Assembly (NCBI GenBank): GCA_951406725.2
Contig: OX597817.1
Coordinates: 52,142,001 to 52,206,000, forward strand
DNA length: 64,000 nucleotides
Reading direction: 5' to 3'
DNA from: Octopus vulgaris
Lineage: Eukaryota
This document shows, piece after piece, positions 1 to 11,805 of this stretch. The position numbers were made by a program, and so were the translations under genes. How positions within the stretch are numbered: the stretch's first letter is position 1; every line of letters begins with the position of its first letter. Under the pieces are notes generated by a model. That model searched no databases, was not told where the DNA came from, and saw only the letters and a list, made by a program, of their open reading frames with translations.

Positions 1-280
1 ACCATGGCCGTTGCCAGCTTCGTCTGGTCCCCGTGCCAGTGGCACGTAAAAAGCACCATCCGATCATGGCCGTTTGCCAGCCTCGTCTGGCACCTGTGTC
101 GGTGGCAGGTAAAAAGCACCCACTACACTCACGGAGTGGTTGGCGTTAGGAAGGGCATCCAGCTGTAGAAACACTGCCAGATCAGACTGGGCCTGGTGCA
201 GCCTTCTGGCTTCCCAGACCCCAGTTAAACCGTCCAACCCATGCCAGCATGGAAAGCAGACGTTAAATGATGATGATGAT
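1..280 (+). mobile_element. RTE-related retroposon 3' region, here called family B (gtgccggtggcac units, ggagtggttggcgttaggaagggcatcc core, (GAT)n tail)
   Basis: The same core and tail recur at about 2822-3020(-), 6773-6856(-), 6860-7128(+), 8266-8653(+), 9040-9525(+), 16291-16606(-), 29727-29942(+), 30497-31058(+), 34440-34904(+), 37610-37900(-), 41521-41780(-), 51908-52241(+), 55521-57770(-) and 61030-61154(+). Confidence 0.85.
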
Positions 281-287
281 ATTTTAA

Positions 288-508
288 TCCTTTTGATACC
301 TTATTTCTATTGAGATGCTCTGTGTTTCTTTCAATTAATTTTAAATATAACACAGAATTTAGTAAAATAACTCAGTTGTCATTCAGCTAGTGTCAGGAAC
401 ATAAATTGTGACTAAGGTTTGGTGGAAGATTTTAATTCTAAACTTATCAAAACAAGATATTTGTACTCAGAGCCAGAGCCGGTTTCAGCTGGCTTGGTAA
501 CGAAAGGA
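288..508. mobile_element. piggyBac-type MITE, family 1
   Basis: TTAA on both sides and degenerate CCCTTTCGTTAC-like termini. A sister copy lies in the opposite orientation at 11025-11246. Confidence 0.75.
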
Positions 509-1060
509 TTAAGAGTACCTGTGTCTGTGGAGTACTCAGCCACTTGATTGGATCACCTGGATCCCTCACCATCACAACCGACAGATTGCTAGTCTTTTTT
601 TTAATTTTATTGGTGTCGTATGTGTGTTAGTTGTGGTTGTCATTTACATGGATTGTTTAGAGTTCATCATTTCCCATCCACCCTGCCATGCTTGTATGAG
701 CCTGATAGAATTTGCTGAGGCATATTTCTAGAGCCAGATGTTTAAGTATTTCTAACATGGGGAGGAGCTGTTTATAAAATGCTGTTGAAAGAGAGCAAAG
801 GCTGAAAACGTTGGGGTCATATGGACCCAAACTCTATATTATGTTCGTGCCAAAAAGTTTTTAAAATTTCACTCATAATTTTTGTGGAGAAAACTTAGTA
901 TTTGTCAGTTTGAGAATCTCTGAGATGAAGTAAAATGTGTGGCACCATCACACACACACACACACACACACAACCATTCTACTGAACTATGAATACAGTG
1001 CTTTATGAAATACCTAGATTTTCTAACGTGTTTATTTTGTTCTTTGTTTATCCCATACAG

Positions 1061-1159
1061 ACCCCGCTCTGGTTTACTTACGGTTGTGCTTCACTTGCTG
1101 CCAGCAAATTCGAGACTGCTGCAAAAGCATTCCATCGCTGTGTCATGATTGATTCTGAC
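1061..1159 (+). CDS. TTC27: TTC27 internal exon (TPR region): TPLWFTYGCASLAASKFETAAKAFHRCVMIDSD
   Basis: Acceptor cccatacag and donor gtgagt. The 99-nt peptide resembles vertebrate TTC27 as I recall it ([31 protein letters not shown]). Upstream exons lie outside the window. Confidence 0.93.
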
Positions 1160-1957
1160 GTGAGTATACTTATTGATTGATTGTGATTTGTGTTTATTTT
1201 GGACACCTGCTTGACTTCAACTCGTTAATCAAAAGAGATTATTAACAACTGAATAGTATCTACTCCTCTTACTTCCACCCATCTAATCTTCTAATTAAGT
1301 GTCTAGTTTATTATGTGTACGTAGACTGAGATGTGCTGTTTGTTATATTCCGCTGTTTGAATTATTTCTGTTAATTTTCGCCTAAGTAGAACGTGGCTAG
1401 TTTTATCACGTTGTCTGTGTTGTTTTATAACCGAGTCCTTGCTATCAAGGGAGATAATCTGTCTCGATTTTTTTTTTTAGCTTTTTTTACTGTGGCTATG
1501 CTGGGGCACTCCCTTGAAGGCATTAATCAAACAAATCGACTCCAGTACTTTTTTTTTAAAGTATAGTATTCTGTTAATCTATTTTGCTGAACTGCTAAGT
1601 GGTTGTTAATAAACCAACATCAATCACCAAGTAATGGTGGGGACAAACACAGACACATAATACATACACACACACACACATACATATGTACGTACATACA
1701 TTTATACATATATATATTTAAATTTAAAATAATAAGGGGGAAAATTGAATATTAATATATATATATATATATATATAAAAAAGACTTGTTTTATTTATAT
1801 TCCTGAGCGCCATACTAATACAATTGTTTGTTTGTATTCCACCTGCCTTCGTCTTTTGTTTATTTTCATAAAGCTTCCCGTAATATATATATATATATTA
1901 TATGTATATTTACATACATACATACACACACATATAATTAATGTATTTTCTTTGCAG

Positions 1958-2010
1958 AACTTTGAAGCGTGGGGTAATTTATCTACTGCATATCTGAAAC
2001 TGAAGAAAAA
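1958..2010 (+). CDS. TTC27: TTC27 exon: NFEAWGNLSTAYLKLKK
   Basis: Acceptor tttgcag, donor gtaagt, 53 nt, ends in phase 2. Matches the TPR motif NAEAWNNLSTSY. Confidence 0.93.
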
Positions 2011-2444
2011 GTAAGTTTCTAAATCTTTTTCTTTTTCTCTCTATTTCTTTGCCTTTAACTTCTCTCAGAACTGTAGAACATTAAAGTTCTATGTGTGGCA
2101 GAGAAACCTTCCCAGTTGTATGATAAGTTCAGGTTATGTCTAATGCAAAACTAGGCTTAAGAGAATGGATATCAGAAACCTCACTCAATGAAGAAAGAAC
2201 AACTATCAGGGATAATAATAATACCCAAGACTTTTTTTCCCAGATTCTTTGAAGCTCCCAGCAAGAACGGAGGAAGTTATCCTCAGCCTAAGACCCAGTT
2301 TGAACATTTTCAATAGAATGGATTCTGCAAGAGGGCCCCACAATCACACACTACATTTAAATGTTCAGCTACTCATAACACAGTCACATATACACACACA
2401 TATTTATGTAGGTTATACTGAAAGCATAACTAAATTAAGTAAAC

Positions 2445-2672
2445 ATTATTTGCCAACATAACATGGCAGTCCCCGTTTAGGACGGATGTTACTGTAATTT
2501 AGCCCTGGGAGACATTGTCCTCAGCAGGCTATACAACATTATGTGTGTCCTTATACTTTCGAACAAGGATACAGATCGTGTCGTATAGCCAGCTAGAGAC
2601 GATGTCTCCTGGGGCTAAATTACAGCAACATTCATCCTAAACCAGGATTGCCATGTCATGTTGGCAAATAAT
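2445..2672. mobile_element. Palindromic (hairpin) MITE-like element
   Basis: Arms at about 2445-2552 and 2565-2672 are reverse complements with scattered mismatches. The loop is about 12 nt. Confidence 0.75.
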
Positions 2673-3126
2673 CTTTTCTCCAAAGTACTGTTGCTGAATA
2701 TTTCTCTACATCAGAACAGTCAGTCTTGGTACTTATGATATCATGATGTGCGTATTTGTATTTTGTTATTAGTAAAGCTTCCATAGCTTTCTTCCTATTT
2801 TTTTGAAAGAAAAGCCATTATATCATCATCATCATCATCATCGTCATTTAACGTCCGCTTTCCATGCTAGCATGGGTTGGACGGTTCGACCAGGGATCTG
2901 GGAAGCCAGAAGGCTGCACAGGCTCCAATCTTGATCTGGCAGTGTTTCTACAGCTGGATGCCCTTCCTAACACCAACCACTCCGAGAGTGTAGTGGGTGC
3001 CTTTTACGTACCACCTGCACGAGCGTCACGAAAATATCGTGTTTTTATTTATTTTTTTTTTTACGTGTCACCTGCACAACTCATCTCTTAATTTTTATCT
3101 TATTCTTTCTCTCTCTCTCTTTCTAG

Positions 3127-3205
3127 GAAGAAGGCCTTTGCTGTGCTGCAGGATGCCATAAAGTGTAGCTACGATAACTGGAGGTTATGGGAAAACTATC
3201 TTATT
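3127..3205 (+). CDS. TTC27: TTC27 exon: (K)KKAFAVLQDAIKCSYDNWRLWENYLI
   Basis: Acceptor ttctag after a CT tract, donor gtaagt. The 79 nt complete the split codon. Similar to [24 protein letters not shown]. Confidence 0.93.
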
Positions 3206-3328
3206 GTAAGTTAGGGACAGATTTCTTTTCTCTCCATATCACTCAAACCAATCTCAACAACATTTGTAGAATGGTTTGTCCCTGTTTCCTACTTTCAATT
3301 TTCTTGTTTTGATTTTATTTTTTCCTAG

Positions 3329-3415
3329 ATTGGTACTGATTGTGGACAATTTAGTGAAGTAATTCGTGCTTATCATCGCTTGATGGACCTACGAGGAAAG
3401 TGGCTGGATGTTGAG
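3329..3415 (+). CDS. TTC27: TTC27 exon: IGTDCGQFSEVIRAYHRLMDLRGKWLDVE
   Basis: Acceptor tttcctag, donor gtaagt, 87 nt in frame. Similar to [20 protein letters not shown]. Confidence 0.93.
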
Positions 3416-3766
3416 GTAAGTGAAAGATTAATATTCTCATTTTTTTCTTATTTAATAATTTATGTTAATTACAGTAATACCTTTAGCTTCAAATGAATTA
3501 ATGATATTAAGATAAATTGGTAACAGATAGAGCATCCAGTCATAGAAAATTTGCCTCTCCAAATTCCGTCTGATCCATGTGAGATGGAAAAGTGGGCATT
3601 AAAATGATGATGCAAATCCTCAGAGACATTTAGGGTCCTAACACAAGTATAAAACCTTGTATAGCAATCAGTTCCATAATTATTTCGCTGTGTATAATTG
3701 TGTATTTTGTATATTAGTGGTGTCGATGACAAATTGTCATAAATATTGGTATTGCTATTGTTACAG

Positions 3767-3880
3767 ATCCTGAAAATACTTGTTAAAGCCATTAAAGAGG
3801 ACATTCCAGATGCTAATGCTATCCCTTCCTCATATTTGCTACCCAAAGCATTAGAATTATTTGGTAGGCTTACCTCGAAA
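3767..3880 (+). CDS. TTC27: TTC27 exon: ILKILVKAIKEDIPDANAIPSSYLLPKALELFGRLTSK
   Basis: Acceptor ttacag, donor gtaagt, 114 nt in frame. Carries the LKILV and ELFGR.TS motifs. Confidence 0.93.
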
Positions 3881-4804
3881 GTAAGTACATTTTAAAAATC
3901 TTAATTCAATTTAAATTTTTTTTAGTCAGCCTTTTAGCATTTAAACCAGCCATTTTCTACCTGTTTTATGCTCAAACTGGCCAGATTTGGTCTCTCGCAT
4001 ACAACCGATGCCAGTGTTGCCTTGACTACTGACGCTGGTGCCACAATATCAATTTAAAAATAAACAATTGCATCATAGAAGTTTTGAATCTGCAAGACGA
4101 TGCATGATAAGGTTTTTTCCACCTAAATATGATTGTAAATACTGTGAAATTTTCAGCAGAAGTGGCTATGTGGTAAGTAGCTTGGTTACAAACCACATGG
4201 TTCTGGGTTCATTCCCACTGCATGGCACCTTAGGCAAGTGTCTTCTACTATAGCCTTGGGCCGACCAAAGCCTTGTGAGTGGATTTGGTAGACGGAAACT
4301 GAAAGAAGCTCGTCGTATATATGTATATGTGTGTGTGTGCCTGTGTTTGTCCCCCCAACATCGCTTGACAACCGATGGTGGTGTTTACATCCCCGTAACT
4401 TAGTGGTGCTTTTTACGTGCCACCAACATGAACGCCAGTCGAGCGGCGCTGGCATCAGCCACATTCGGATTTTATCTATAATTAAAACAAAATGAAATAA
4501 AAAAATTAACTCTGTAATTGGCCAGCCAATGGTGATCTTCTGAGCTGCATGGCAACCTTAGTAGTACTAAGACAGACATTGAAATATAGCGATGTGTATT
4601 AATGTTTCTATATTCCATGCTCATCGCAGACTGAGCAAAGTGGTCCTGGTGTTGATATTATGAAGAGTTGCTCTTTACTTCTGAAAACTTTTGGAATGAC
4701 GATATCTCTTACTTGAAATGCAGGTATGGGTTGACAACAGGAAGAGCACCTTGATGTGAAGTGAAGGAATGAGCATGTGTGTGTGTGAGAGTTTATATAT
4801 ATAT

Positions 4805-5906
4805 TGTTACGATTGGCTAGGTGCATTTCTGGTGACCCACATAGGAATAATGGCACCATGATGTCTGGTGAAAATGTGACAGTCTTTTGTCTAATGGAGG
4901 ACTAATGGGTTTTGGAATGACCTGTGACCTCGTGCGGCTGAGAAGAGGGTCAGGAGAATGTGAGAGAGGAAGAGAGATTAAGGGCTGAGAGCAAATAGAG
5001 ATAGGGTATAAGCAGTAGGGGATGGATGGAGAGGCTAAGAGACAGCAGGCGATATGGATAGAGTATAAGGACCAGGGCAGTTAGAGAGGGTGTGAGCGGT
5101 ACAGAGGGAGATGAGGGAGTGGAAGAAGGACAGAGACGAAGTGAGGTCTGGGCAGTCGTTGAGCGGTCGTCGAAGAATACAGACGGATCTTGCGGTCGCT
5201 GGCCGGTCCTCGAGGAAGACAGTCGGATTCTGGAGGTCAGAGCGAGTGGATGGAACCTTGGATTTAAGGAGCAAGCGTTGGAATTCCTGGGAGCGAGCTG
5301 GGATGCGGGGAGGCCTAGGAGCAAGCGATTGGAATATGCACAGAGGGGAATTAGCAGAGTATTCAGAGGATTTGGCAGTATTCAGAGATGAGAGGAATGG
5401 GACACTGGCAGATTCAATTAGGAATCGAGGTATGTGTTTGTGCATTGATATGTGTCACGAGGTAAAGAGACTGTAAAAGAAAAGAAAGAGAGAGAAAAAG
5501 AAGGACTCTGTTGATGTGGTCGATAAAGGACATTGTGAAGAAGAAGAGTAAAGGACTTGTTGTCTTGGGACGTGTACTCTTGAATTGTTACATGATGTTG
5601 TATTATGCTTTGATCTGTTGTATTATGTATTGAGTAGTCACGTGCATGTCTTCCTTTAAATGTCTGCCTTAAATGTATTTGATGTGTAGCAATTGTAATT
5701 GTCGTATAAACTGTTGTTTGAATATAAGCCAGTGTCTCTGTTGCCTTGCCTCTCTTTGGGTTGTATCTCGGGTTGTGCCTCTATATCTCTGTGCTGTTGG
5801 GGTTGTGGCAGTATCTATCTGTATCTCCTCTCTCCGCCTCTTTGGGTTCCGTGGCGGAACTTGTGTGAGCCGTTCGGGACGGGCGACGACGGGTGATTCC
5901 GTAACA
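4805..5906 (+). mobile_element. Solo LTR, probably Ty3/Gypsy, 1102 bp, in a TTC27 intron
   Basis: Ends are TGTTACG and CGTAACA (7-bp inverted termini, TG..CA) with ATAT on both sides. The interior is GC- and purine-rich, with TATAA followed by CAGT. No gag or pol sequence. The strand is tentative. Confidence 0.75.
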
Positions 5907-6241
5907 ATATATATATATGAGGCAAGTCATATTCAGTAAACAACAACAAAATTCTGAGGAAGATTCACAATTAATGTTATTTGGTTGATGCTCAAAGGAA
6001 AATAAAGGTTGTGGCGTAAAAAGTACAACTTTTCAGACTTATCCCTTTGTTGGATTCTTACTTGTAATTTCTTTTAGACACATTTAGGAGACACACGCAT
6101 ACACACACCAACACACTGAAGATTAAAGGCAAAAAGAAAAGAGCAGCGGACCTACAGGCTTATGTGATATGTCTGATAGAGTTTAAATTTTCCTTTTCTT
6201 TCTCAATACATTTGTTTAAGTCTTTTGTGGTCTTTAAACAG

Positions 6242-6322
6242 GTCACCACTGATGCACAAGTCTGGGAATTGTACGCCAAACTGACTGAATTGAAAACTGA
6301 AGACCCGATGAAGGACGAGAGG
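6242..6322 (+). CDS. TTC27: TTC27 exon: VTTDAQVWELYAKLTELKTEDPMKDER
   Basis: Acceptor aaacag, donor gtaagt, 81 nt. Similar to VTNDGEIWRLYA. Confidence 0.92.
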
Positions 6323-6391
6323 GTAAGTGATCGAGAAAAATATTAACAATTTCATTTGGTACTTGTCTTAGTTGTAATGCAGTTGTTTATA

Positions 6392-6426
<35 letters not shown>

Positions 6427-7416
6427 TTGGTGATGTTGCAGCTTAGATAAGCGGGAAGTATCATCTACCATAAATAATAGCAATGCCCTGATGTTTACTT
6501 GCCATATAAAAAGGTTTGGTAGGGTTTGTGGAAGGATGTTATGCATATATGAAGAAGTAAACACTATGGTGTATATATTGTGATATAATGTATATTAACC
6601 CTTTAACATTTAAACTGGCAATGTTCCTGTTTTATGTTCCATCTGGCCAGATTTGGCTTCTTACACTTACCCTACAGTGTCATTCCTAAAGTAAAGAGTA
6701 ACATGAGTGAAAACTCAAATCTACAAGACATTGTAATTTATAGAGTAATCTGCTGGAATTGGCTAATTAGGTCATCATCATCATTTAACGTCCGCTTTCC
6801 ATGCTAGCATGGGTTGGACGATTTGACTGAGGGCCGGCGAACCAGATGGCTGCACATGTTTACTGGCACCTATGTCTGTGGCATGTGTAAAAAGATTCGA
6901 GCGAGGTCATTGCCAGTACTGACTCCTCCTCCCCCCCCCCCCGGTGCCGATGGCACATAAAAGCACCCACTACATTCTCGGAGTAGTTGGCGTTAGGAAG
7001 GGCATCCAGCTGTAGAAACTCTACAAGATCAAACTCGAGCCTGATGCAGCCTCCTGGCTTCCCAGACCCCGGTCGAACCATCCAACCCATGCTGGCATGG
7101 AAAACGGACGTTAAACAATGATGATGATATAAATTATAAAAATAATTTTAAAAATATAAATTACTGCTTCTATTTCATAGATTTTCACCTATCGCCAGGG
7201 TGGGGAGGAGTGTTTGGAACGTAACACCCCCGATAGTGAGGAATTACTGTAGTTGTCTTACCATAGAAGGAATACTTGGCCTCATATATATATATATATA
7301 TATATATTATATTTTGTGAAATTTGATTTAGTATTTCTAAATGATGATGATGATGAAATTGAATTTTTCCCTGTATGTTTGGAATAATATTCCCTCATAT
7401 TATTATTATTATTATA

Positions 7417-7453
<37 letters not shown>

Positions 7454-7768
7454 TCCCTCATATTATTATTATTAACCGTCCAACCCGTGCTAGCGCGGAA
7501 AACGGACGTTAAACGATGATGATGATGATGATATATATATATATATATAAAGAAACCTGGTGTAGCCCACTGGCTTGCCAGACCTCAGTCAAACCGTCCA
7601 ACCCATGCTAGCGTGGAAAGCAGACGTTAAACGATGATGATGACATAAAGTGAGAGAGTCTGTTTCTTAAGTGTCAAACAATAGGCCATGGTATAGCATT
7701 TGACTCTTAATCTAAAGGTAAGCCTTACACTGCCAAATTATTTACCTAACCATTTATTATATTTACAG

Positions 7769-7880
7769 GTGTTGCAGTTCTTACAGAAAGCCTACAAATG
7801 TTCCACTCAGGAATCAGGCTGGGAGAAGAACCCTGAGAAGTGCAACGAAAAAGGGAGTTTGGCCCTAGAACTTGCAGATG
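7769..7880 (+). CDS. TTC27: TTC27 exon: VLQFLQKAYKCSTQESGWEKNPEKCNEKGSLALELAD
   Basis: Acceptor tttacag, donor gtaagt, 112 nt, ends in phase 1. Carries the KAYKC.TQ...WEK motif. Confidence 0.92.
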
Positions 7881-9824
7881 GTAAGTTGAAGTTTTGTTAG
7901 AATAATTAATTATGGTAGAATGTGTTAAACTCTGAGTGATTAGAATATCAGCTTTTCCTGAAAACGCACAAATTCTTCTCCCACAACCAAGTCTGTTTTG
8001 TTAGAATTCTGTTGACAGTTAATAACTACTTTCTTGCAGGCCCTCATTGGTCTAGCACTGTTGTGACAGTAGCAGCTGGTCAGTAAAGGATTGTGATTAT
8101 TAATTTTTGTTGTATAGTGAAACAGTGCACCCCTCGCGGTAAAAAGTGGTAGGAGAGGGCATTATAAATAGACCAGTAACCAGTCGACAGGAGAAAGTCA
8201 GAAGATCAAGAATACATGTAGACTGTGTTGATAGTCGTGTCTGTGCTGAGATAGTGATTATACTAAGATATTGACTGCTGTGCTTGGGAAGACCTGTTGA
8301 GTCAAGTACATCAACATCAAAATAAATATCAAATGGAAATTGTAGTTGTGATACCTGTGCCGGTGGCACGTAAAAAACACCATCCGAACATGGCCGATGC
8401 CAGCACTGCCTTGATTGGCATCTGTGCTGGTGGCACATAAGAAACACCATCTGATAGTGGACATTGTCAGCCTCCTCTGGCCCGTGCCGGTGGCACTACA
8501 CTCATGGAGTGGTTGGCGTTAGGAAGAGCATCCAGCTGTAGAAACACTGCCAGATCAGATGGTAGTCTGGTGCAGCCTCCTGGCTTCCCAGACCCCTGTC
8601 AAAATGTTCAACCCATGCTAGCATGGAAAACGGACATTAAACAATGATGATGATTGAGTTGACGTTATAACGATCCAAACCCTTTGAGGATAACAACACT
8701 GTACAACTGAGGGATCGTACAGTGCCAGATAGAACCATTCTATCAACAACATCAGAATATAACAATATCTGTGAGAGCGACAACCACCTTCAAAAGACAG
8801 ATACAACAGTAGCAAAAGACTGCTTTACAACAATCTCTAAACCCTTTTCCTGTTGTTTGAACATCTGTCTGCTCTCTGTTTGTTGTTAGGCTTTGTGGGT
8901 ATGGATCCTTGTAGATGCAGTCTTACCTCTCATCAATTCAGGGTCGATGAATAAGGTGTCATTCAAATCCTAAGGTCAATTTAATTGACTAAGCCTACTC
9001 CTTTCAAATTTCAGGCTTTCTGCCTATATTCAAATGGTTATTACATAAACCAGCCCACTTGCAAAGGCCTGTTGAGGCAAGCGAAATCAAAATTGCTGAC
9101 GTGGCCGATGACAGTACCGCCTGATTGGAACCCGTGCCAGGGGAACGTTAAAAGCACCATCCAAGCATGATCGCTGCCAGGGCCACTGACTGGCTCCCAT
9201 GCCAGTGGCACATAAAAAGCATCATTTGAGTGTGATCATTGCCAGCATCGCCTTACTGGCACCTGTGCCAGTGGCACATGAAAAACAACATTCGAGTGTG
9301 GTCTTTGTCAGTGCTGCCGAACTGGCTCCTGTGCAGGTGGCACGTAAAAGCTTCCACTACACTCTCGGAGTGGTTGGCGTTAGGCAGGGCATCTGGCTGT
9401 AGAAACTTTGCCAGATCAGATTGGAGCCTGGTGCAGCCTTCTGGCTCACCAGTCTCTAGTCAAACTGTCCAACCCATGCCAGCATGGAAAGCAGACGTTA
9501 AACAACGACAATGATGATGATGATGAACAGAAATGTCCTTTTCTTACACTTTTACTTAAATCTGTTTCTAGAAAAGTTTAGATCCGTTTTTTTTCTTGTG
9601 CTTGTAATTTTTTGTTTATTATAGGTACAGGCATGGCTGTGTGGTTAAGAAGTTCGCTTCACAACTATATGGTTTTGGGTTTAGTCCCTCTGTGCAGCAT
9701 CTTGGGCAAGTTCCTTTTACTATGGCTCAGGACCAACACCTTGGGAGCTCAGGAGTGAATTTGATAGACAGAAAGTATGTGGATGCCCATTCTGTGTGTG
9801 TGTTGGTGGGGTTCCTCCACACAA

Positions 9825-10216
9825 ACACACACACACAATACTGCTTGACAACCACTGTTGGTTTGTTTACATCCCTGTAACTTAGTACTTTAGCAAAAGA
9901 GGAAGGAATTACAACCGTGTTCCGTGGTCTGCTACCACAACAGCTCCTTTATAGGATCCAGTTAGCTCAAGACATCATCAGGAGGAACCACGTCCGGTTT
10001 CAGCAGCCTACTCCTCTACCGTTTTGATGTCGCGGGGCCCTCCTTTTCGGAGGTGTCTTCAGCTCTGGTGTTGGGTGCATGTCTTCTTTCTTCTGTTCCC
10101 TGGTTCTTCGGTGTATCGTCAAGTGTCAGCCGGCAACTGACACACATACACAATACTGCTAGACAACTACTGTTGGTTTGTTTACATCCCTGTAACTTAG
10201 TACTTTAGCAAAAGAG
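9825..10216. repeat. 77-bp direct repeat (9825-9901 and 10140-10216) flanking a 238-bp GC-rich insert
   Basis: Direct alignment shows 3 mismatches. The repeats duplicate part of a decayed family A SINE. Confidence 0.85.
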
Positions 10217-10393
10217 TAATTGAATAAATATTAATCTCCAAAAAACAAAAAAGCACCAGGGTTGATGTATCCAACAAAACCCTTTAAGACGACCCAGCAA
10301 GGCGGGGAAATATGAGTAAAAGCTTTAAAAGAGAAGAAATAATATAAAAAGGCTTCACCATTCTTCATGCTTTTCCTTTCTTTCCATTGCCAG

Positions 10394-10494
10394 CTCATTT
10401 GATCTACAGTGCCCAAGCAAAACATTCCACCATATCCGTTCAGACCTTATCGTCAGCAAAGTTAATGCTCCGCTCCATCCTTTCCACAATTAAG
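10394..10494 (+). CDS. TTC27: TTC27 exon: (A)HLIYSAQAKHSTISVQTLSSAKLMLRSILSTIK
   Basis: Pyrimidine tract plus ccag acceptor, donor gtaatc. The 101 nt restore the frame. Similar to VQMLSSVRLNLRGLLS. Confidence 0.85.
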
Positions 10495-10814
10495 GTAATC
10501 AACTTCACTTCGTTATGTTCTCAGTAATTTAACTCATTTTGAACATTTAAATGTTTTTTATCCATTTTACCAGGCTGGCATCTGTGTAGATTTCATGTTG
10601 GAGCAATTTTTTGTTTTTGTTTTACCTTCATCTTCTGCTGCAAGAGAAGGCACGTGGTTGAGTGGTTACAGTGTTGCTCTCATGGTTGCAATTCATGGAT
10701 CAAGCAAAGCATTGTGTTCTTGAGCAAGACACTTCATTTCACATTGCTCTGGTCCACTTGGTTAGTAAAAATGAGCAACCCTTTAACAGAATGAAGACAT
10801 GTGTAGGTTTGTAA

Positions 10815-11020
10815 GAAATGAAGCCAGTATGCTCCACTGGATGGGTAACGTGAGTGTGTATGCATGACAGAGTGTAAGCATCCTGAGAGAGAAGTCGGGC
10901 ATAAGAGGCATCAAATGTGGTGTGCAAGAGAGATGACTGCACTGCTGTGGTCATGTGGTGCATATATGGACGAGGACAGTTGTGTAAAGAAGTGTCGCAC
11001 TCTAATGGTGGGGGAAACCA
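10815..11020 (+). pseudogene. RTE LINE ORF C-terminal fragment
   Basis: Decayed translation GIKCGVQER..LH..GHVVHMDEDSCVKKCRTLMVG resembles the RTE R.RW.GHV.RM motif. Confidence 0.6.
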
Positions 11021-11024
11021 TTAA

Positions 11025-11246
11025 CTCTTTCATTACTAATCCGGCTGAAACCGGCTCTGGTTCTGTTGTACAAATGCCTTGTTTTCATAAGTTTTGAATA
11101 AAAATCTTCCACCAAACCTTAGTCACAATTTATGTTCCTAACACTGGCTGAATGATAACTAAGTTATTTTACTAAATTCTTTGTTATATTTAAAATTAAT
11201 TGAAAGAAACACAGAGCATCTCAAAATAAATACAGTAATGAAAGGG
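11025..11246. mobile_element. piggyBac-type MITE, family 1
   Basis: TTAA|CTCTTTCATTAC at the left end and GTAATGAAAGGG|TTAA at the right. Reverse complement of 288-508. Confidence 0.8.
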
Positions 11247-11534
11247 TTAAATGATGATGATGAGACTGGCATCCTGTTCAGTGGGTGTGTTGTGATCTCA
11301 GCCACTTATACCACCATGGAAATGAAATAGCTGGTCTTATGAGTACAAGACATATGACAATCATCATCATACAACTATTTTCCATGCTGGCACAAGTTGG
11401 ACAGGTTAATAAAATTACAATCGACACACGCATGGCTGTGTATCACAGGACATCTTATTCTAATGTAAATAATTTCTTACTTTTTAACAATTTTGTTGAT
11501 ATATTATTTAAATGATATATTTTATCTTTTACAG

Positions 11535-11651
11535 AAATTCCATGGTGATGCAATAACTGGTGACATTGAAGATAACGTGAAAGAAATCTGTTCCAAATTA
11601 GATTCTGCAATTACCATAGTTATAAGCAAGCTAACATTGGCCCAGACTTAA
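11535..11651 (+). CDS. TTC27: TTC27 terminal coding exon: KFHGDAITGDIEDNVKEICSKLDSAITIVISKLTLAQT*
   Basis: Acceptor ttttacag, 117 nt ending in TAA. The D..TG motif and the length fit the TTC27 C-terminus. Confidence 0.85.
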   Translation, partial: KFHGDAITGDIEDNVKEICSKLDSAITIVISKLTLAQT

Positions 11652-11799
11652 TGCTACACACTTTATTATTATATTTTTATTCTTCCCCGTTTTTAGCAAA
11701 TTATCAAATTAGCCATGTCTCTTGATTGCTTTTTGTTGCTTGAGTTTTTCATTATTTTGTCTGGTCCCTATCAGGGACGAAGGCCAATATTTTAACTGC

Positions 11800-11805
11800 A
11801 ATAAA
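11800..11805 (+). promoter_or_regulatory. Candidate polyadenylation signal (AATAAA) for TTC27
   Basis: First AATAAA after the stop codon, about 150 nt downstream. No transcript evidence. Confidence 0.45.

Noticed and set aside
3469-3846. 125-aa minus-strand ORF
   Set aside because: Antisense to a TTC27 exon and its intron; no independent support.
4950-5476. Four overlapping ORFs of 99-136 aa
   Set aside because: By-products of the GC- and purine-rich solo LTR; no recognisable domains.
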